This document shows, piece by piece, positions 10,410 through 20,234 of a DNA stretch of 64,000 nt (its first letter is position 1; every line of letters starts with the position of its first letter). The position numbers were made by a program, and so were the translations under genes. Source of the stretch: an uncultured Acidobacteriota bacterium. Its GTDB lineage: Bacteria; Acidobacteriota; Vicinamibacteria; Vicinamibacterales; 2-12-FULL-66-21. The stretch spans positions 3,607 to 67,606 of the forward strand of contig CAVYZR010000008.1 in assembly GCA_963773005.1 (NCBI GenBank), written 5' to 3'. The notes under the pieces were generated by a model, which saw only the letters and a program-made list of their open reading frames with translations, ran no database searches and had not been told where the DNA came from.

Positions 10410-10589
10410 TTGCCTAAAACAGAGACTGTGAAGACCGAGCGGGTTAGTTGGCTGCTGTATCTCGTGGGCGCGTTGCTGGTGTTTGCCTCCTGGATTGACC
10501 TGGTACCGAGGGGACTCGGCTGGATCGGTTGGCTGATGGCCCTCGTTGGATGGGCGGTGGGGACCCGACTCAATCGAACCGACGACTGA
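10410..10589 (+). CDS. possible small 2-TM membrane protein (59 aa, TTG or GTG start)
   Basis: This ORF is not in the track. It encodes two hydrophobic helices (WLLYLVGALLVFASW and GWIGWLMALVGWAV) with GC-rich third positions. No SD sequence. Confidence 0.25.
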   Translation: MPKTETVKTERVSWLLYLVGALLVFASWIDLVPRGLGWIGWLMALVGWAVGTRLNRTDD

Positions 10590-10619
10590 CACACGTCGGT
10601 GTCCGAGCTGTGCAGATTG

Positions 10620-10855
10620 CAGGAGCGGCCGTGAAAGCCGTGAAGCGTGCATCTCGAGCCGGTTCGAGCCTGAACGCGCCGAACCGGGCCGAGGACTTCG
10701 GCGGTCCGGAGAGCAAGAGAGCAATCCGTACGCTCAGGTCCCACGGCGGCATGCCTGCGCTCGATGGTGACGGCGAGAAGGTTGTCCCGATTACCGCGGA
10801 GATGGCGGTCGCTAGCGCGCTGGAGAAGCGAGGCCATCGTGTCTTCTGGGGCTGA
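10620..10855. pseudogene. mosaic relic: copy of the GH43 3' end, a GH43 internal fragment, and a copy of the GIY-YIG gene 3' end
   Basis: 10620-10751 is near-identical to 15074-15207. About 10753-10796 matches about 15424-15467. About 10797-10855 matches about 9347-9405 and includes the same terminal ...KRGHRVFWG and stop. Confidence 0.75.
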
Positions 10856-11039
10856 CCACCAGTCCCATCTCTCATCGCATTACGAAATTCGCCAGCCCGA
10901 TTCGACGTTCCGACTGGCAGAAGTCAACGTTGGCTGACGCGCGAATGCCCGCCGACACGCCGGCCAAGGCGCTCGAGGAACAGCGACGCGCGCCGCGCAG
11001 AAGGGAGCTGCCTTGCGTGGCAGCTCCCGTACGCGAGCT

Positions 11040-11522
11040 TCAGCGACGGTCGATTCTCTTTTGCTCGGTGCTGATCATCACCGCTTGCGGACTGCTGACA
11101 ATCGTCCGAATTTCTCGCCCGTGATTGACGATCACCATTCGCTCTTCGAGCGTAATGCCCGGTCCCGGCTGAAAGAACGTCACACCAGTGCAATCGTCGT
11201 TGACCTGATACGTTCCCGAGCCCGGCCGATCGGGCACGATTCCGGTGACAGAGCCCTTCACGTTGTCGACTTGCGTGAAATTGCCAGTCCCATCGTATGT
11301 GCGTACAACCACGCCGATGACTGTCTGAATCCCTCCGCCAAGGGGAGGCGGAACAGGATTGGTCCCTTGCATTTGAATCCCGTAGGTGCCCCGAATGGTC
11401 GCGTCGGTACAGTGGACGCCCGCGTTCTCCCGCGCGACCGCGCCGCCGCCCGACGCCATGGAGCCTCCACCACTCGCAATCAATGCGCCTGCCGCGAGCG
11501 TGACCCAAGCCTTTTGTAGCAT
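11040..11522 (-). CDS. secreted hypothetical protein (160 aa)
   Basis: AGGAGG lies upstream of the ATG at 11522. Signal-like N-terminus MLQKAWVTLAAGALIASGGG. Confidence 0.6.
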   Translation of the reverse strand: MLQKAWVTLAAGALIASGGGSMASGGGAVARENAGVHCTDATIRGTYGIQMQGTNPVPPPLGGGIQTVIGVVVRTYDGTGNFTQVDNVKGSVTGIVPDRPGSGTYQVNDDCTGVTFFQPGPGITLEERMVIVNHGREIRTIVSSPQAVMISTEQKRIDRR

Positions 11523-11641
11523 CGTCGCCTCCTGGTGAGTGCCTTCAGTTGTACAGGCGACAGGCGCGTCAAAAGAGTGCAAGGGCCTGTCGCTCACAGG
11601 TGAGGCAGGCGCGCAACAACGGCAGAGGCGGGCAAATGCAC

Positions 11642-14296
11642 TCAACGGCGGGCGCGGTCCGAGACGTCCAGGAGGTTGGCCCGGGCCACAAGCGTTCTGA
11701 ACGCCGACGCGTCCCGCAGCTCGTCCCATTTTGGGTCGACGCCAAGGAACGTCACGAACAGATCACGGCTGTTCACCGCGTCGCTCAGCTGTGCCAGCGC
11801 CTCCTCATTTCGGCCGAGGGCGTGCAGAAGGAGAGCGATGTGATGTGGCGGCACGTAGTTGTCGCGCGCCTGCGTACGCAGGTTTGCCAGCACCGCTTCG
11901 GCATCCGCCGTGCGGCCCATTCGCGCCAGGCCGTAGCCGCGCAATGCGACTGTAAACGAATGCGGCATCGCCGACCCGGCCAGCTTGCGATTGATCTCGA
12001 GGGCCGTTTCGCAGGAGTGAATCGCGTCTGCGTATCGGCCCAAAGCCAACAGCGGGTAGGCGCGCATGATGTGCCCGGCGGAGAGTTGCGGTTCAACGGC
12101 GACAACTTCATCGAGGCGCGCGAGCGACGCGCCATAGTTTCTTCCCATGAACAGAAACTGCCCTTCGAGTGATCTCAGGAGTGGCCAGGCCTGATCGAGC
12201 GTCCGGGCGCGGCGAATTTCCACGAGCGCTTCGTCGTGACGACCAGTATGCGAGAGTAGTTGCGCCAACGTGACGTATCCATAGGTCGAGCTAGGCTGGA
12301 GCTCCACCCCGCGGCGGAGCAGCCTCTCCGCTTCCCGGTAATTCCAGTCGTGCCAGAAGGCCACGGTGCCAAGCACCGAATGCGCTTCCCCGTTGCCGGC
12401 ATCGAGCGCCAGCGCCCGCGCCGCCGCCCGCTTCGCTTTGACAAATGCCTCTGTTGGTACGCCATCGAACAGCGGCAACATTCTGGATGCCGTTCCGAGT
12501 GCTGCCCACGCGTCGGCGTAGGCGGGATCCAGCTCCACGGCGCGTTCAAGGAGTTCGACGGCGCGGGTGAGCTCGGCCCTCGCCGGCTTCGCGGCATGGG
12601 CGCGACCGCGCACGTACGCCTCGTAGGCGTCGTTGTTGTGCGTGCCAGGCTGCGCCAGTGCGCGCCGTGCCCCAGCCGTGAGCTGCGGCGCGAGTTCTTC
12701 GAGCACCCGTGTGACCACGATGTCTTGGATGGCGAAGAGAGTCGATGCGTCGGTGTCCACCGGGCTCGACCAGATCGTCCGGTTGTCGGATGTAGAGACC
12801 AGTTGAACCGTCGCGCGCACGAACCCGTGCTGCTCGCGGTGCAGTCTCCCGGAGAGCATGTGTGTCGCTCCAAGCCGCCGTGCCACCTCGCCCGGATCAT
12901 CTCCCGTCCGCAGACGTTCGGTCGCAGTGAGCGGCAGCACACGGATCTCCGAAAGCCGGCTCAAACGGTTGATGAAGACGTCCGCGAGGCCCAGCTCAAG
13001 GACATCACTGCCCGGAGGGATGCTCCGAAATGGCATGACGGCGAGGGTGACGGGGAGCGTCTTGGATGACGTCGATCCGGACCGCCACTGCCACCACCAG
13101 CCGATCGTGATGCTCGTGAGCAGGACACCAAATGCCGCGGCCGCAAACCACCGGGTCGGGCGAGCGCGCGCACCCGAATGCGGCGAACGGCGCGTGACCA
13201 GCGGCGGCCTCGTCCGGGTGGCGGTCGACGTCGACTCGAGCCGGGTCATCTGGAGGTCTTCGAGCGCCGCAATCAGATCCGCAGTCGATTGAAAGCGCGC
13301 GTCGGGCGACTTCTCGAGCAAACGAGTTAGAACCTCGGAAAGCGCCGGCGGCAGATCGAGGTCGGCGAGAACGTCGGGCGGACGATCGTGAAGGATGGCA
13401 TGGAGGGTGTCGACGATGTGCGCACGGTCGAACGCACGGATGCCGGTGAGCATTTCGAAGAGCACTGCGCCGAACGCGAACAGATCGGCACGGGCGTCGA
13501 TGGACTGGCCGCGGATTTGCTCGGGCGCGAGGTACCCGGCTGTGCCAAGAACCACACCCGGGAGCGTCGAGGTACCAGCACGAACGGTTTCATCCTGAGC
13601 GAGCTTCGCGATCCCGAAATCCAGAATCTTCGTTGTGCCCGATTGCGTGAGAAAAATGTTCTCCGGCTTCAGGTCGCGGTGCACGAGGCCATCGGCATGC
13701 GCTGCGGCGAGTCCCCTTGTCACTTCCAGGCCAATCCCCACGGCTTCTTCGGTGGGGATCGCCCCGCGCGCAATCCTGGCCCGCAACGTTTCACCCTCGA
13801 GAAGCTCCGTCACCAGGTAGGCGCGATCGCCCATCAGGCCGACGTCGTAGACGCGGATGACGTTCGGATGATCGATCGAGGCCGTCATCATCGCTTCCTG
13901 CATGAAGCGAGCGCTGCGCTGCGGATCGCTCGACGTGGCTTGCGACAGGACCTTCACCGCAACCGGTCGCTGCAGGCGCACGTCGGTGGCTCGGTAGACG
14001 TCGCCCATTCCACCGCGCGCCAGTAGTTCTGAAATCCGATACGGACCCAGCAGGAAGCCGGCGGGAAGGAGATCCGATTCAGCCTCGTTCGCAAGATCGC
14101 GTGCGGCGAGCAGGACGGCGGGCGTTTCGAGAAAGCCTGCGAGGCGGCCGCTTGCGGTTGACAGCGCGTCGGCGGTCGCGCTGAGGTCCGGGTGCTCGGC
14201 CGCCAGTTGCGCGCGGAGACGTTCACGCTCCGGCGCATCGGCCGAGGACCATGCGCTCAACCAGCCAGATAGCCTCTCCCACTCTTCGACGCGCAT
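11642..14296 (-). CDS. Ser/Thr protein kinase with TM segment and C-terminal TPR domain
   Basis: GGMGDVYRA...VAVKVL, HRDLKPENIFL, DFGIAK, GTAGYLAPE, then a TM helix (WFAAAAFGVLLTSITIGWWW) and TPR repeats. Confidence 0.95.
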   Translation of the reverse strand: MRVEEWERLSGWLSAWSSADAPERERLRAQLAAEHPDLSATADALSTASGRLAGFLETPAVLLAARDLANEAESDLLPAGFLLGPYRISELLARGGMGDVYRATDVRLQRPVAVKVLSQATSSDPQRSARFMQEAMMTASIDHPNVIRVYDVGLMGDRAYLVTELLEGETLRARIARGAIPTEEAVGIGLEVTRGLAAAHADGLVHRDLKPENIFLTQSGTTKILDFGIAKLAQDETVRAGTSTLPGVVLGTAGYLAPEQIRGQSIDARADLFAFGAVLFEMLTGIRAFDRAHIVDTLHAILHDRPPDVLADLDLPPALSEVLTRLLEKSPDARFQSTADLIAALEDLQMTRLESTSTATRTRPPLVTRRSPHSGARARPTRWFAAAAFGVLLTSITIGWWWQWRSGSTSSKTLPVTLAVMPFRSIPPGSDVLELGLADVFINRLSRLSEIRVLPLTATERLRTGDDPGEVARRLGATHMLSGRLHREQHGFVRATVQLVSTSDNRTIWSSPVDTDASTLFAIQDIVVTRVLEELAPQLTAGARRALAQPGTHNNDAYEAYVRGRAHAAKPARAELTRAVELLERAVELDPAYADAWAALGTASRMLPLFDGVPTEAFVKAKRAAARALALDAGNGEAHSVLGTVAFWHDWNYREAERLLRRGVELQPSSTYGYVTLAQLLSHTGRHDEALVEIRRARTLDQAWPLLRSLEGQFLFMGRNYGASLARLDEVVAVEPQLSAGHIMRAYPLLALGRYADAIHSCETALEINRKLAGSAMPHSFTVALRGYGLARMGRTADAEAVLANLRTQARDNYVPPHHIALLLHALGRNEEALAQLSDAVNSRDLFVTFLGVDPKWDELRDASAFRTLVARANLLDVSDRARR

Positions 14297-14302
14297 CGCG
14301 CC

Positions 14303-14930
14303 TCATTCGGACGCTGCTGGCGGAGCCATCGCGGGAAGCGATTCGCCCGCTCCGCAGGTTCCACCAACGTTCGATGAGAGTTCGTGAAAGAGCCAGGCTC
14401 GGGCGCCGTTCCAATCGTTGATCACCGTTCTGACGGACACTCCCAGCGCGTCGGCCGTCTCCTCGACGGTACAGCCGCCGAAAAATCTCAATTCAACGAC
14501 CTGGCTCGCGCGTGTGTTCACGTCCGCCAGCGCGTGCAGCGCGTCTTCAAGGGCGAGGAGGTCCGCGTGTCGATCAGAGGCGGCGAGGTCGATCCCCTCG
14601 AGCGGTATGGGGTCGATCCCTTCACCGCGCTTTACTCTTCGGCGCGCGCGTGCCGCGTCCACGAGTACGCGCCGCATCATCCGGGCTGTCGTCGCGAAGA
14701 AGTGCGCCCGATTCTGCCAGCGCACCGCTCGCCAATCGAGGAGACGCAGGTAGGATTCCTGGATGAGCTCCGTTGGTTCCCAGCGGGCATTCCGACGCTC
14801 CGTGGACAGGATTTTCCGCGCCAGCTCGCGGAGCTTCCTGATGCACGAGCGGCGCGAGGACCGCAAGCGCGTCAGGATCTCCGTCGCTCCACGCCCGAAG
14901 AAGACCGGTGAGATTGGCCTCTTTCGCCAC
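14303..14930 (-). CDS. ECF-type RNA polymerase sigma factor (TIGR02999/ECF43-like), interrupted by an apparent +1 frameshift near 14835
   Basis: The N-terminus MAKEANLTGLLRAWSDGDPDALAVLAPLVHQE is in one frame (GTG at 14930). The protein continues as LRELARKIL...ESYLRLLDW...WQNRAHFFA...VVELRFFGG in the adjacent frame. Length is 3n+1. Confidence 0.85.
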
Positions 14931-15106
14931 GTGAGGTGGATTCTACCCCCAGGGCGGGCAGAAGGATGCGGATGCATTGGCTCCGAAGATCAGGTTTCCA
15001 TCCGCGACGACGCCCGAATCGGCCTTGTGGTGGCACAAGTGTCGGAAGCCCGAATCCACCAGTTGAATGCTCTCAGGAGCGGCCGTGAAAGCCGCTGAAG
15101 CGTGCG

Positions 15107-16747
15107 TCACGAAGCCGGTTCGAGCCTGAACGCGCCGAACCGGGCCGAGGACTTCGGCGGTCCGGAGAACAGAAGAGCAATCCGTACGCTCAGGTCCCAC
15201 GGCGGCAGGTATCCGCCCTCCGCCCCAGCCACCGTCTTCCAGGTGCGACCATCCGGACTCACCGCGAACTCGAAGCGTGTTCTGTCTGTCGCGGCGAGCC
15301 GAAGATGGATCAGGGCCTGTTGCGGGATCGTGGCCGTCGCCAGCGTGCGGCGCTCGGTCTTTCGTCTCTGCCACACCTCGATCGTCAGCGTGCCGGCCGG
15401 TGTCTCTGCAGCAGGTGGTTCTGGCCTGCGCTCGATGGTGACGGCGAGCAGGTTGTCCCGATTGCCGAACGCTGCGATGCCGGCGGCAGCGCCGCGCGTG
15501 ATCGACGCGGCGTCAACGATTGCGGTCGCGACATAGCTGCCGCTGCGCGTCGGGCGGGCCGCGACGACGGTCGCGATCGGTCCGCTGTCGAGGCGCAGCC
15601 ATCCTCCCGTGCTTCGGTCGATGGTCGGCGTGGGCGTCTGATCCCAGGGCCATTGCCATCCCGGATCCAGCGCCGCAGCCGTGAAGTCATCCTCGATCGA
15701 ATCGGTCGTTCGACGTTGAGCCGACACTGATGGCAGCGCTGCCGACGCGGACGGACCGCGGCCACCGGTGATCGCCGGCCAGCCCTCCGCGTCCCACGTG
15801 ACCTCGTCGAGAAGGGCCTGGCGGCCGACGAACTCGAACGTCGAGGCATCGTACGCGTGATAGAGGAGGAACGTCCGCCCGGATGCATCGGAGACGATGC
15901 TGCCGTGACCGGGACACTTCCATTGCGCGTTGCCGGCGAGAATCGGGTTGCCGGGATACCTTTCCCAGGTGCCGAGCAGCGTGCGAGAGCGGGCAACGCC
16001 GAGCTTGTAGTTGCACGCACGGCCGCAGCACGCGTCGGCAGAATAGAACATGTAAAACCATTCGCCGCGGCGGAGGATGTACGGTCCCTCGACGAGGTGG
16101 GCTTCCCACGGCGCCTCATTTCGCAGGATTGCCTGCTTGTCTCCCACGAGTCTCAGGCCGTCGTCCGAAAGCGGCTGCGCCCACAACGGTGTCGGTTGTT
16201 TGCGGCTGTTCCCATCCTCTTTCCACACGAGATAGCGTCGGCCCTTCTCGTCGCGGATTGGCGCCGCATCAATCGATCCGAGCTCCTGACACACCAGCGG
16301 TCCGCGATCGGTGTATGGCCCGTCGGGCCGCTCCGCGTCTGCCACCGCTACACAGAGCGGTCCGTCTTTCTTCCTCGCGGTGTAGTAGACGTAGAACCGG
16401 CCTCCGTCCTGTGCGATCTCCGGCGCCCAGTAGCTGCCGGCCGACCACGCGGGTGGCGCCTGGAAAACGGCACCGGCCATTCGCCAGTTCACGAGGTCGG
16501 TCGAATGGAGGAGCGGGAAGATCGGCGCCCACTGCGACGTCGTTGCCGTGGCCCAGTAGTCCGTGCCGACGCGGATGACGGACGGGTCGGGAAAGTCGCC
16601 AGCGACGACAGGGTTTGAAAAGGTGGAAACACTAGAGGGATTCTGCGAGCGCTCGAGGCGTCCGGTACCGTAGCCGGAATCGAAGGCAGCCGTCCCGATC
16701 ACAAGCAGTAGCAGCGCGACGAGGCGCACGACTCTGTGCATCGTCAT
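15107..16747 (-). CDS. glycoside hydrolase family 43 with C-terminal lectin-like domain
   Basis: FPDPSVIRVGTDYWATATTS, WAPEIAQDGGRFYVYY, and a signal peptide. The ATG at 16747 overlaps the upstream TGA (ATGA). Confidence 0.9.
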   Translation of the reverse strand: MTMHRVVRLVALLLLVIGTAAFDSGYGTGRLERSQNPSSVSTFSNPVVAGDFPDPSVIRVGTDYWATATTSQWAPIFPLLHSTDLVNWRMAGAVFQAPPAWSAGSYWAPEIAQDGGRFYVYYTARKKDGPLCVAVADAERPDGPYTDRGPLVCQELGSIDAAPIRDEKGRRYLVWKEDGNSRKQPTPLWAQPLSDDGLRLVGDKQAILRNEAPWEAHLVEGPYILRRGEWFYMFYSADACCGRACNYKLGVARSRTLLGTWERYPGNPILAGNAQWKCPGHGSIVSDASGRTFLLYHAYDASTFEFVGRQALLDEVTWDAEGWPAITGGRGPSASAALPSVSAQRRTTDSIEDDFTAAALDPGWQWPWDQTPTPTIDRSTGGWLRLDSGPIATVVAARPTRSGSYVATAIVDAASITRGAAAGIAAFGNRDNLLAVTIERRPEPPAAETPAGTLTIEVWQRRKTERRTLATATIPQQALIHLRLAATDRTRFEFAVSPDGRTWKTVAGAEGGYLPPWDLSVRIALLFSGPPKSSARFGAFRLEPAS

Positions 16748-18501
16748 TTTCGTTCCGCGGCAGTGAATCGTTGCCTGCGAACAATGCCGGAGCCTTCTCG
16801 GATCACGACCAGCTGATCCGCCTCGACCGCGCCGATCCGCTCCATCGCACCGTTCGGCCATCGCACGTTCAGATCGGCGGATGCCGCCATGCCGAGGCCG
16901 AAATGGAGCCGGCGATCGTCGGCAGAGTAGAAGCTCGATTGTGCGGTGACCTCCAAGGCCTGCCTGCGGCCGCCATACTGGGCGGTGACGCGCGCGCCGA
17001 TCGCGCTTCGGTTCGACTTCACGCCTTCGAGGAGCACCTTGAGCCAGTGGCCCGTTCCGGAGACGTCGTTGCGCAGCAATGATGGCGGCTCGTTCAGGTT
17101 CACGATCACGACATCGACGTCACCGTCGTTGTCGAAATCGCCGAACGCACACCCGCGGCTGGCATGCGCCGCGGCGATGCCCGGGCCGGCCTCTTCGATC
17201 AACTCTTCGAACCGGCCGTCGCCAAGGTTGCGGAAGACCAGGCGAGGCGTCTGGTACGGATAGGCCGGCAGCTTGCGCTCGACCTCCGGATACACACTGC
17301 CCGTGACCAGGAAGAGATCGGGAAGGCCGTCGTTGTCCAGATCGACCATCCCGGTACCCCATCCGACAAAGCGCGTCTCCACGCCGACGCCCGCGCGGAT
17401 CGTGACGTCGTCGAAGTGCCCTTTACCATCGTTGCGATACAGCACGTTGGTATCGTCGGAGAAGTGCGTCTTGAAGATGTCGAGGTTGCCGTCCAGATCG
17501 TAATCACCAACAGCAATGCCCATGCCCGCCTGTTCGAGACCGTCTTCGCTCAACGCGATGCCGCGCTCGAGCGCCTCTTCCCGGAACGTGCCGTCGTGCT
17601 GGTTGCGGAACAGCCAGCTCGGAGTGGAGTCGCACGCCACGTAGATGTCCGGCCACCCGTCGTTGTCGAAGTCCGCGGCAACCGCGGTCATGGGATAAGA
17701 CCCAGACGCCGCCGCGACTCCCGATTCGCGACTGACGTCGGTGAAGGCTCCCTTGCCGTTGTTGCGAAACAGCCTGACGTATCCGGGCGGTAGACCGCGC
17801 GGGCCGCAGTTCACCGGCACACCTTTCCAGCGGCAGTCGGCATTCTCGCCAGGTTTGGGCAGTTTCTCGATCGTGGTGTTCAAGTAGGTGGCGACGAACA
17901 GGTCCAGGTGGCCGTCGCGATCGAAATCTATCCACGTGCACCCGGAGCCATATCGGACGTCTGACTGCTGCAGGCCGGCTTTTTCGGTGACGTCGGTGAA
18001 CGTGCCGTCGCCATTGTTGCGATACAGCACGTTGTGACCGTAGTAGGTGATGAACAGGTCGTCGAACCCGTCATTGTCGTAGTCGCCGACGGTCACGGCC
18101 GATGCCCAGCCGGTTCGAACCAGACCTGCCCGCTCGGTGACATCCGTGAACGTCCCGTCGCGATTGTTCTTATAGAGCCGATTGGTCGTACCTGCGGGCG
18201 GACCCTCGATGCGGGTACCGTTCAGCACCAGCAGGTCCTGCCAGCCGTCGCTGTCGTAATCGATGAAGGCGACACCGCAGCCCACCACTTCGATGATGTA
18301 GTTCTTGCTATCGATGCCGCCGTAGATGACCGGGGCCGTGAGCCCGGCCGGCTTGGCAATATCGGTGAAGCGCGCCAGGAACGGACGACCGGACGGCTTG
18401 CCGCGAGGCTGCGGTTTCACGCTTCGCGTCGAGATGCCCTGCGCGAAGGTGCTGGTGGCGGAACCCACCATGAGAGCGAGTACTCCCCGACGGCTGATCA
18501 T
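16744..18501 (-). CDS. CRTAC1-family protein (FG-GAP/VCBS repeats plus ASPIC/UnbV domain), copy 3
   Basis: Repeated DxDxDGxxD motifs (for example DYDNDGFDDLF) and a C-terminal SNRSAIGARV...SSFYSADDRRLHFGLG. ATGA overlaps at both ends. Confidence 0.9.
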   Translation of the reverse strand: MISRRGVLALMVGSATSTFAQGISTRSVKPQPRGKPSGRPFLARFTDIAKPAGLTAPVIYGGIDSKNYIIEVVGCGVAFIDYDSDGWQDLLVLNGTRIEGPPAGTTNRLYKNNRDGTFTDVTERAGLVRTGWASAVTVGDYDNDGFDDLFITYYGHNVLYRNNGDGTFTDVTEKAGLQQSDVRYGSGCTWIDFDRDGHLDLFVATYLNTTIEKLPKPGENADCRWKGVPVNCGPRGLPPGYVRLFRNNGKGAFTDVSRESGVAAASGSYPMTAVAADFDNDGWPDIYVACDSTPSWLFRNQHDGTFREEALERGIALSEDGLEQAGMGIAVGDYDLDGNLDIFKTHFSDDTNVLYRNDGKGHFDDVTIRAGVGVETRFVGWGTGMVDLDNDGLPDLFLVTGSVYPEVERKLPAYPYQTPRLVFRNLGDGRFEELIEEAGPGIAAAHASRGCAFGDFDNDGDVDVVIVNLNEPPSLLRNDVSGTGHWLKVLLEGVKSNRSAIGARVTAQYGGRRQALEVTAQSSFYSADDRRLHFGLGMAASADLNVRWPNGAMERIGAVEADQLVVIREGSGIVRRQRFTAAERK

Positions 18502-20234
18502 CGAACAGGTTCCAGGCGCGCCGGCTCACCCGGTTCGGTCGCGATGAGCACCTCCCGGGCTTTGACGTTCTCGAACGTCTGGGCGGCACCCGACGGCCAC
18601 CGAATCTCGACCAGCCTGGCCGTGGAGTCGCCGCTCAAGCCGACAATCAACCGTTTGTCGCTCGCCGACAGGTAGCCGGCAGCAGTGGTGATGGTGAAGT
18701 GCTGCGTGAGGCCCGACGCGGTCACGACCCGCACGCGCGCTCCGATTCCGTCCCGGTTCGACCGTGTTCCGATCGTTCGAATCTCCAGCCACCCGTTTCG
18801 GTTGCCGCCATCGTTGCGGAGCAGCACCGCCTTCTGACCGACGTTGCTGACGACGAGGTCGGTGTCGCCATCGTTGTCGATATCGCCGGATGCGGCACCT
18901 CGTCCTGCCCAGGCGCTCTGAAAGGCGTCGCCGGCCATCACTCGCGTGAACCGGCCGGCATCGTTCCGCAGCAGCAGCGGCGGCTGCAGATACTTCAGGT
19001 TGGGCGCGGTCTTCTCGATCGTGTCCATCACGTGTCCCTGTGCGACGAAGATGTCCTTCCAGCCGTCGTTGTCGTAGTCGAAGAGCCGCGTGCTCCAGCC
19101 CGAAAAGGGCATTGTTATCCCGCCGATGCCGGTGGCGTTGGTGACGTCGCGGAAGCTCGCGTCGCCAGCGTAACGAAAGAGCCGATAGCGTTCGTTCGAC
19201 AGATCGGTCACGAAGACATCGGGATGACCGTCGTTGTCGAAGTCGCTGAAATCCGTCCCCATGCCGGCGAACGTTTTGCCCTCCTCGGTAAGGCCGACGC
19301 CGGCCATCAGTCCGACTTCCTCGAAGGCGCCGTTGCCGTTGTTGCGGAAGAGGAACGACTGAACCGAGTCGTTGGCCACGTACACGTCGATGAATCGGTC
19401 ACCGTCGTAGTCCGCAAACGCGACGCCCAGCCCTTTGCCACGGGACGCCGCGACGGCCGACTGCGACGACACGTCGGTGAACGTGCCGTCGCCGTTGTTG
19501 CGATACAGGATATTCGCAACCGGATCGAAGTTGTCCGGGTGGCAGTACGCCCGGTAGCCGGGCTTCTTCTCCCCGCAATACCGGTTCTTGTGGAAGCCCC
19601 AGTCGAGGTAGCGGGTGACGAACAAGTCGAGCTTCCCGTCGTTGTCGTAGTCGAAGAAGCCCGCGCTTGCGCTCCAGCCACCGCCCTGGACGCGTGCGCG
19701 ATCCGTCACGTCGGCAAACGTTCCGTCGCCCACGTTCCGGTACAGGGTGTTGCGGCCGAAATTGGTCACATAGATATCCTGCAAGCCGTCGTTGTCGTAG
19801 TCGCCCACGGCCGCGCCCATCCCGTACTGATTCTGCGCCGCTCCGCTCACGCCGGCTTTCTGAGTCACATCGACGAAGGTGCCGGCGCCCGTCTGCCGAT
19901 ACAGCCGGTTCCAGAATGCCGGGTCCGCTTTGTCCGGCAGTTTCCCCTCGACCATCTGGTCGTCGAGCTTCGCGCCATTCGTAAAGAAGATGTCCAGCCG
20001 GCCGTCGTTGTCATAGTCCAGCAGAGCCACCCCGCCGCCCATCGTCTCCAGGAGGTACTTGCTGGGCGTCGCCGAGTTCCTGTGCTCGAACTCGATGCCG
20101 GCGGTTTGGGTGGCGTCCACGAACCGGACCTCAGGTGCAGGCGCCCCCGCAGACGACGACACGTGCACGCCCATCACGATCGCGAGGATCTCGAGCGTGC
20201 CGAATCGATACGGGGACCGCGGGCCTGTGCTCAT
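18498..20234 (-). CDS. CRTAC1-family protein (FG-GAP/VCBS plus ASPIC/UnbV), copy 2
   Basis: Same architecture as copy 3. The ATG at 20234 overlaps the upstream TGA. The track ORF extends artefactually to 20513. Confidence 0.9.
   Translation of the reverse strand: MSTGPRSPYRFGTLEILAIVMGVHVSSSAGAPAPEVRFVDATQTAGIEFEHRNSATPSKYLLETMGGGVALLDYDNDGRLDIFFTNGAKLDDQMVEGKLPDKADPAFWNRLYRQTGAGTFVDVTQKAGVSGAAQNQYGMGAAVGDYDNDGLQDIYVTNFGRNTLYRNVGDGTFADVTDRARVQGGGWSASAGFFDYDNDGKLDLFVTRYLDWGFHKNRYCGEKKPGYRAYCHPDNFDPVANILYRNNGDGTFTDVSSQSAVAASRGKGLGVAFADYDGDRFIDVYVANDSVQSFLFRNNGNGAFEEVGLMAGVGLTEEGKTFAGMGTDFSDFDNDGHPDVFVTDLSNERYRLFRYAGDASFRDVTNATGIGGITMPFSGWSTRLFDYDNDGWKDIFVAQGHVMDTIEKTAPNLKYLQPPLLLRNDAGRFTRVMAGDAFQSAWAGRGAASGDIDNDGDTDLVVSNVGQKAVLLRNDGGNRNGWLEIRTIGTRSNRDGIGARVRVVTASGLTQHFTITTAAGYLSASDKRLIVGLSGDSTARLVEIRWPSGAAQTFENVKAREVLIATEPGEPARLEPVR

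Noticed and set aside
10645-10685. A tRNA T-arm-like GGTTCGAGCC with a CCGGTTCG/CGAACCGG stem (also at about 15110-15145).
   Set aside because: No acceptor or anticodon arms can be built around it. The 15.1-kb copy lies inside the GH43 coding sequence, and the 10.6-kb copy is its duplicated relic.
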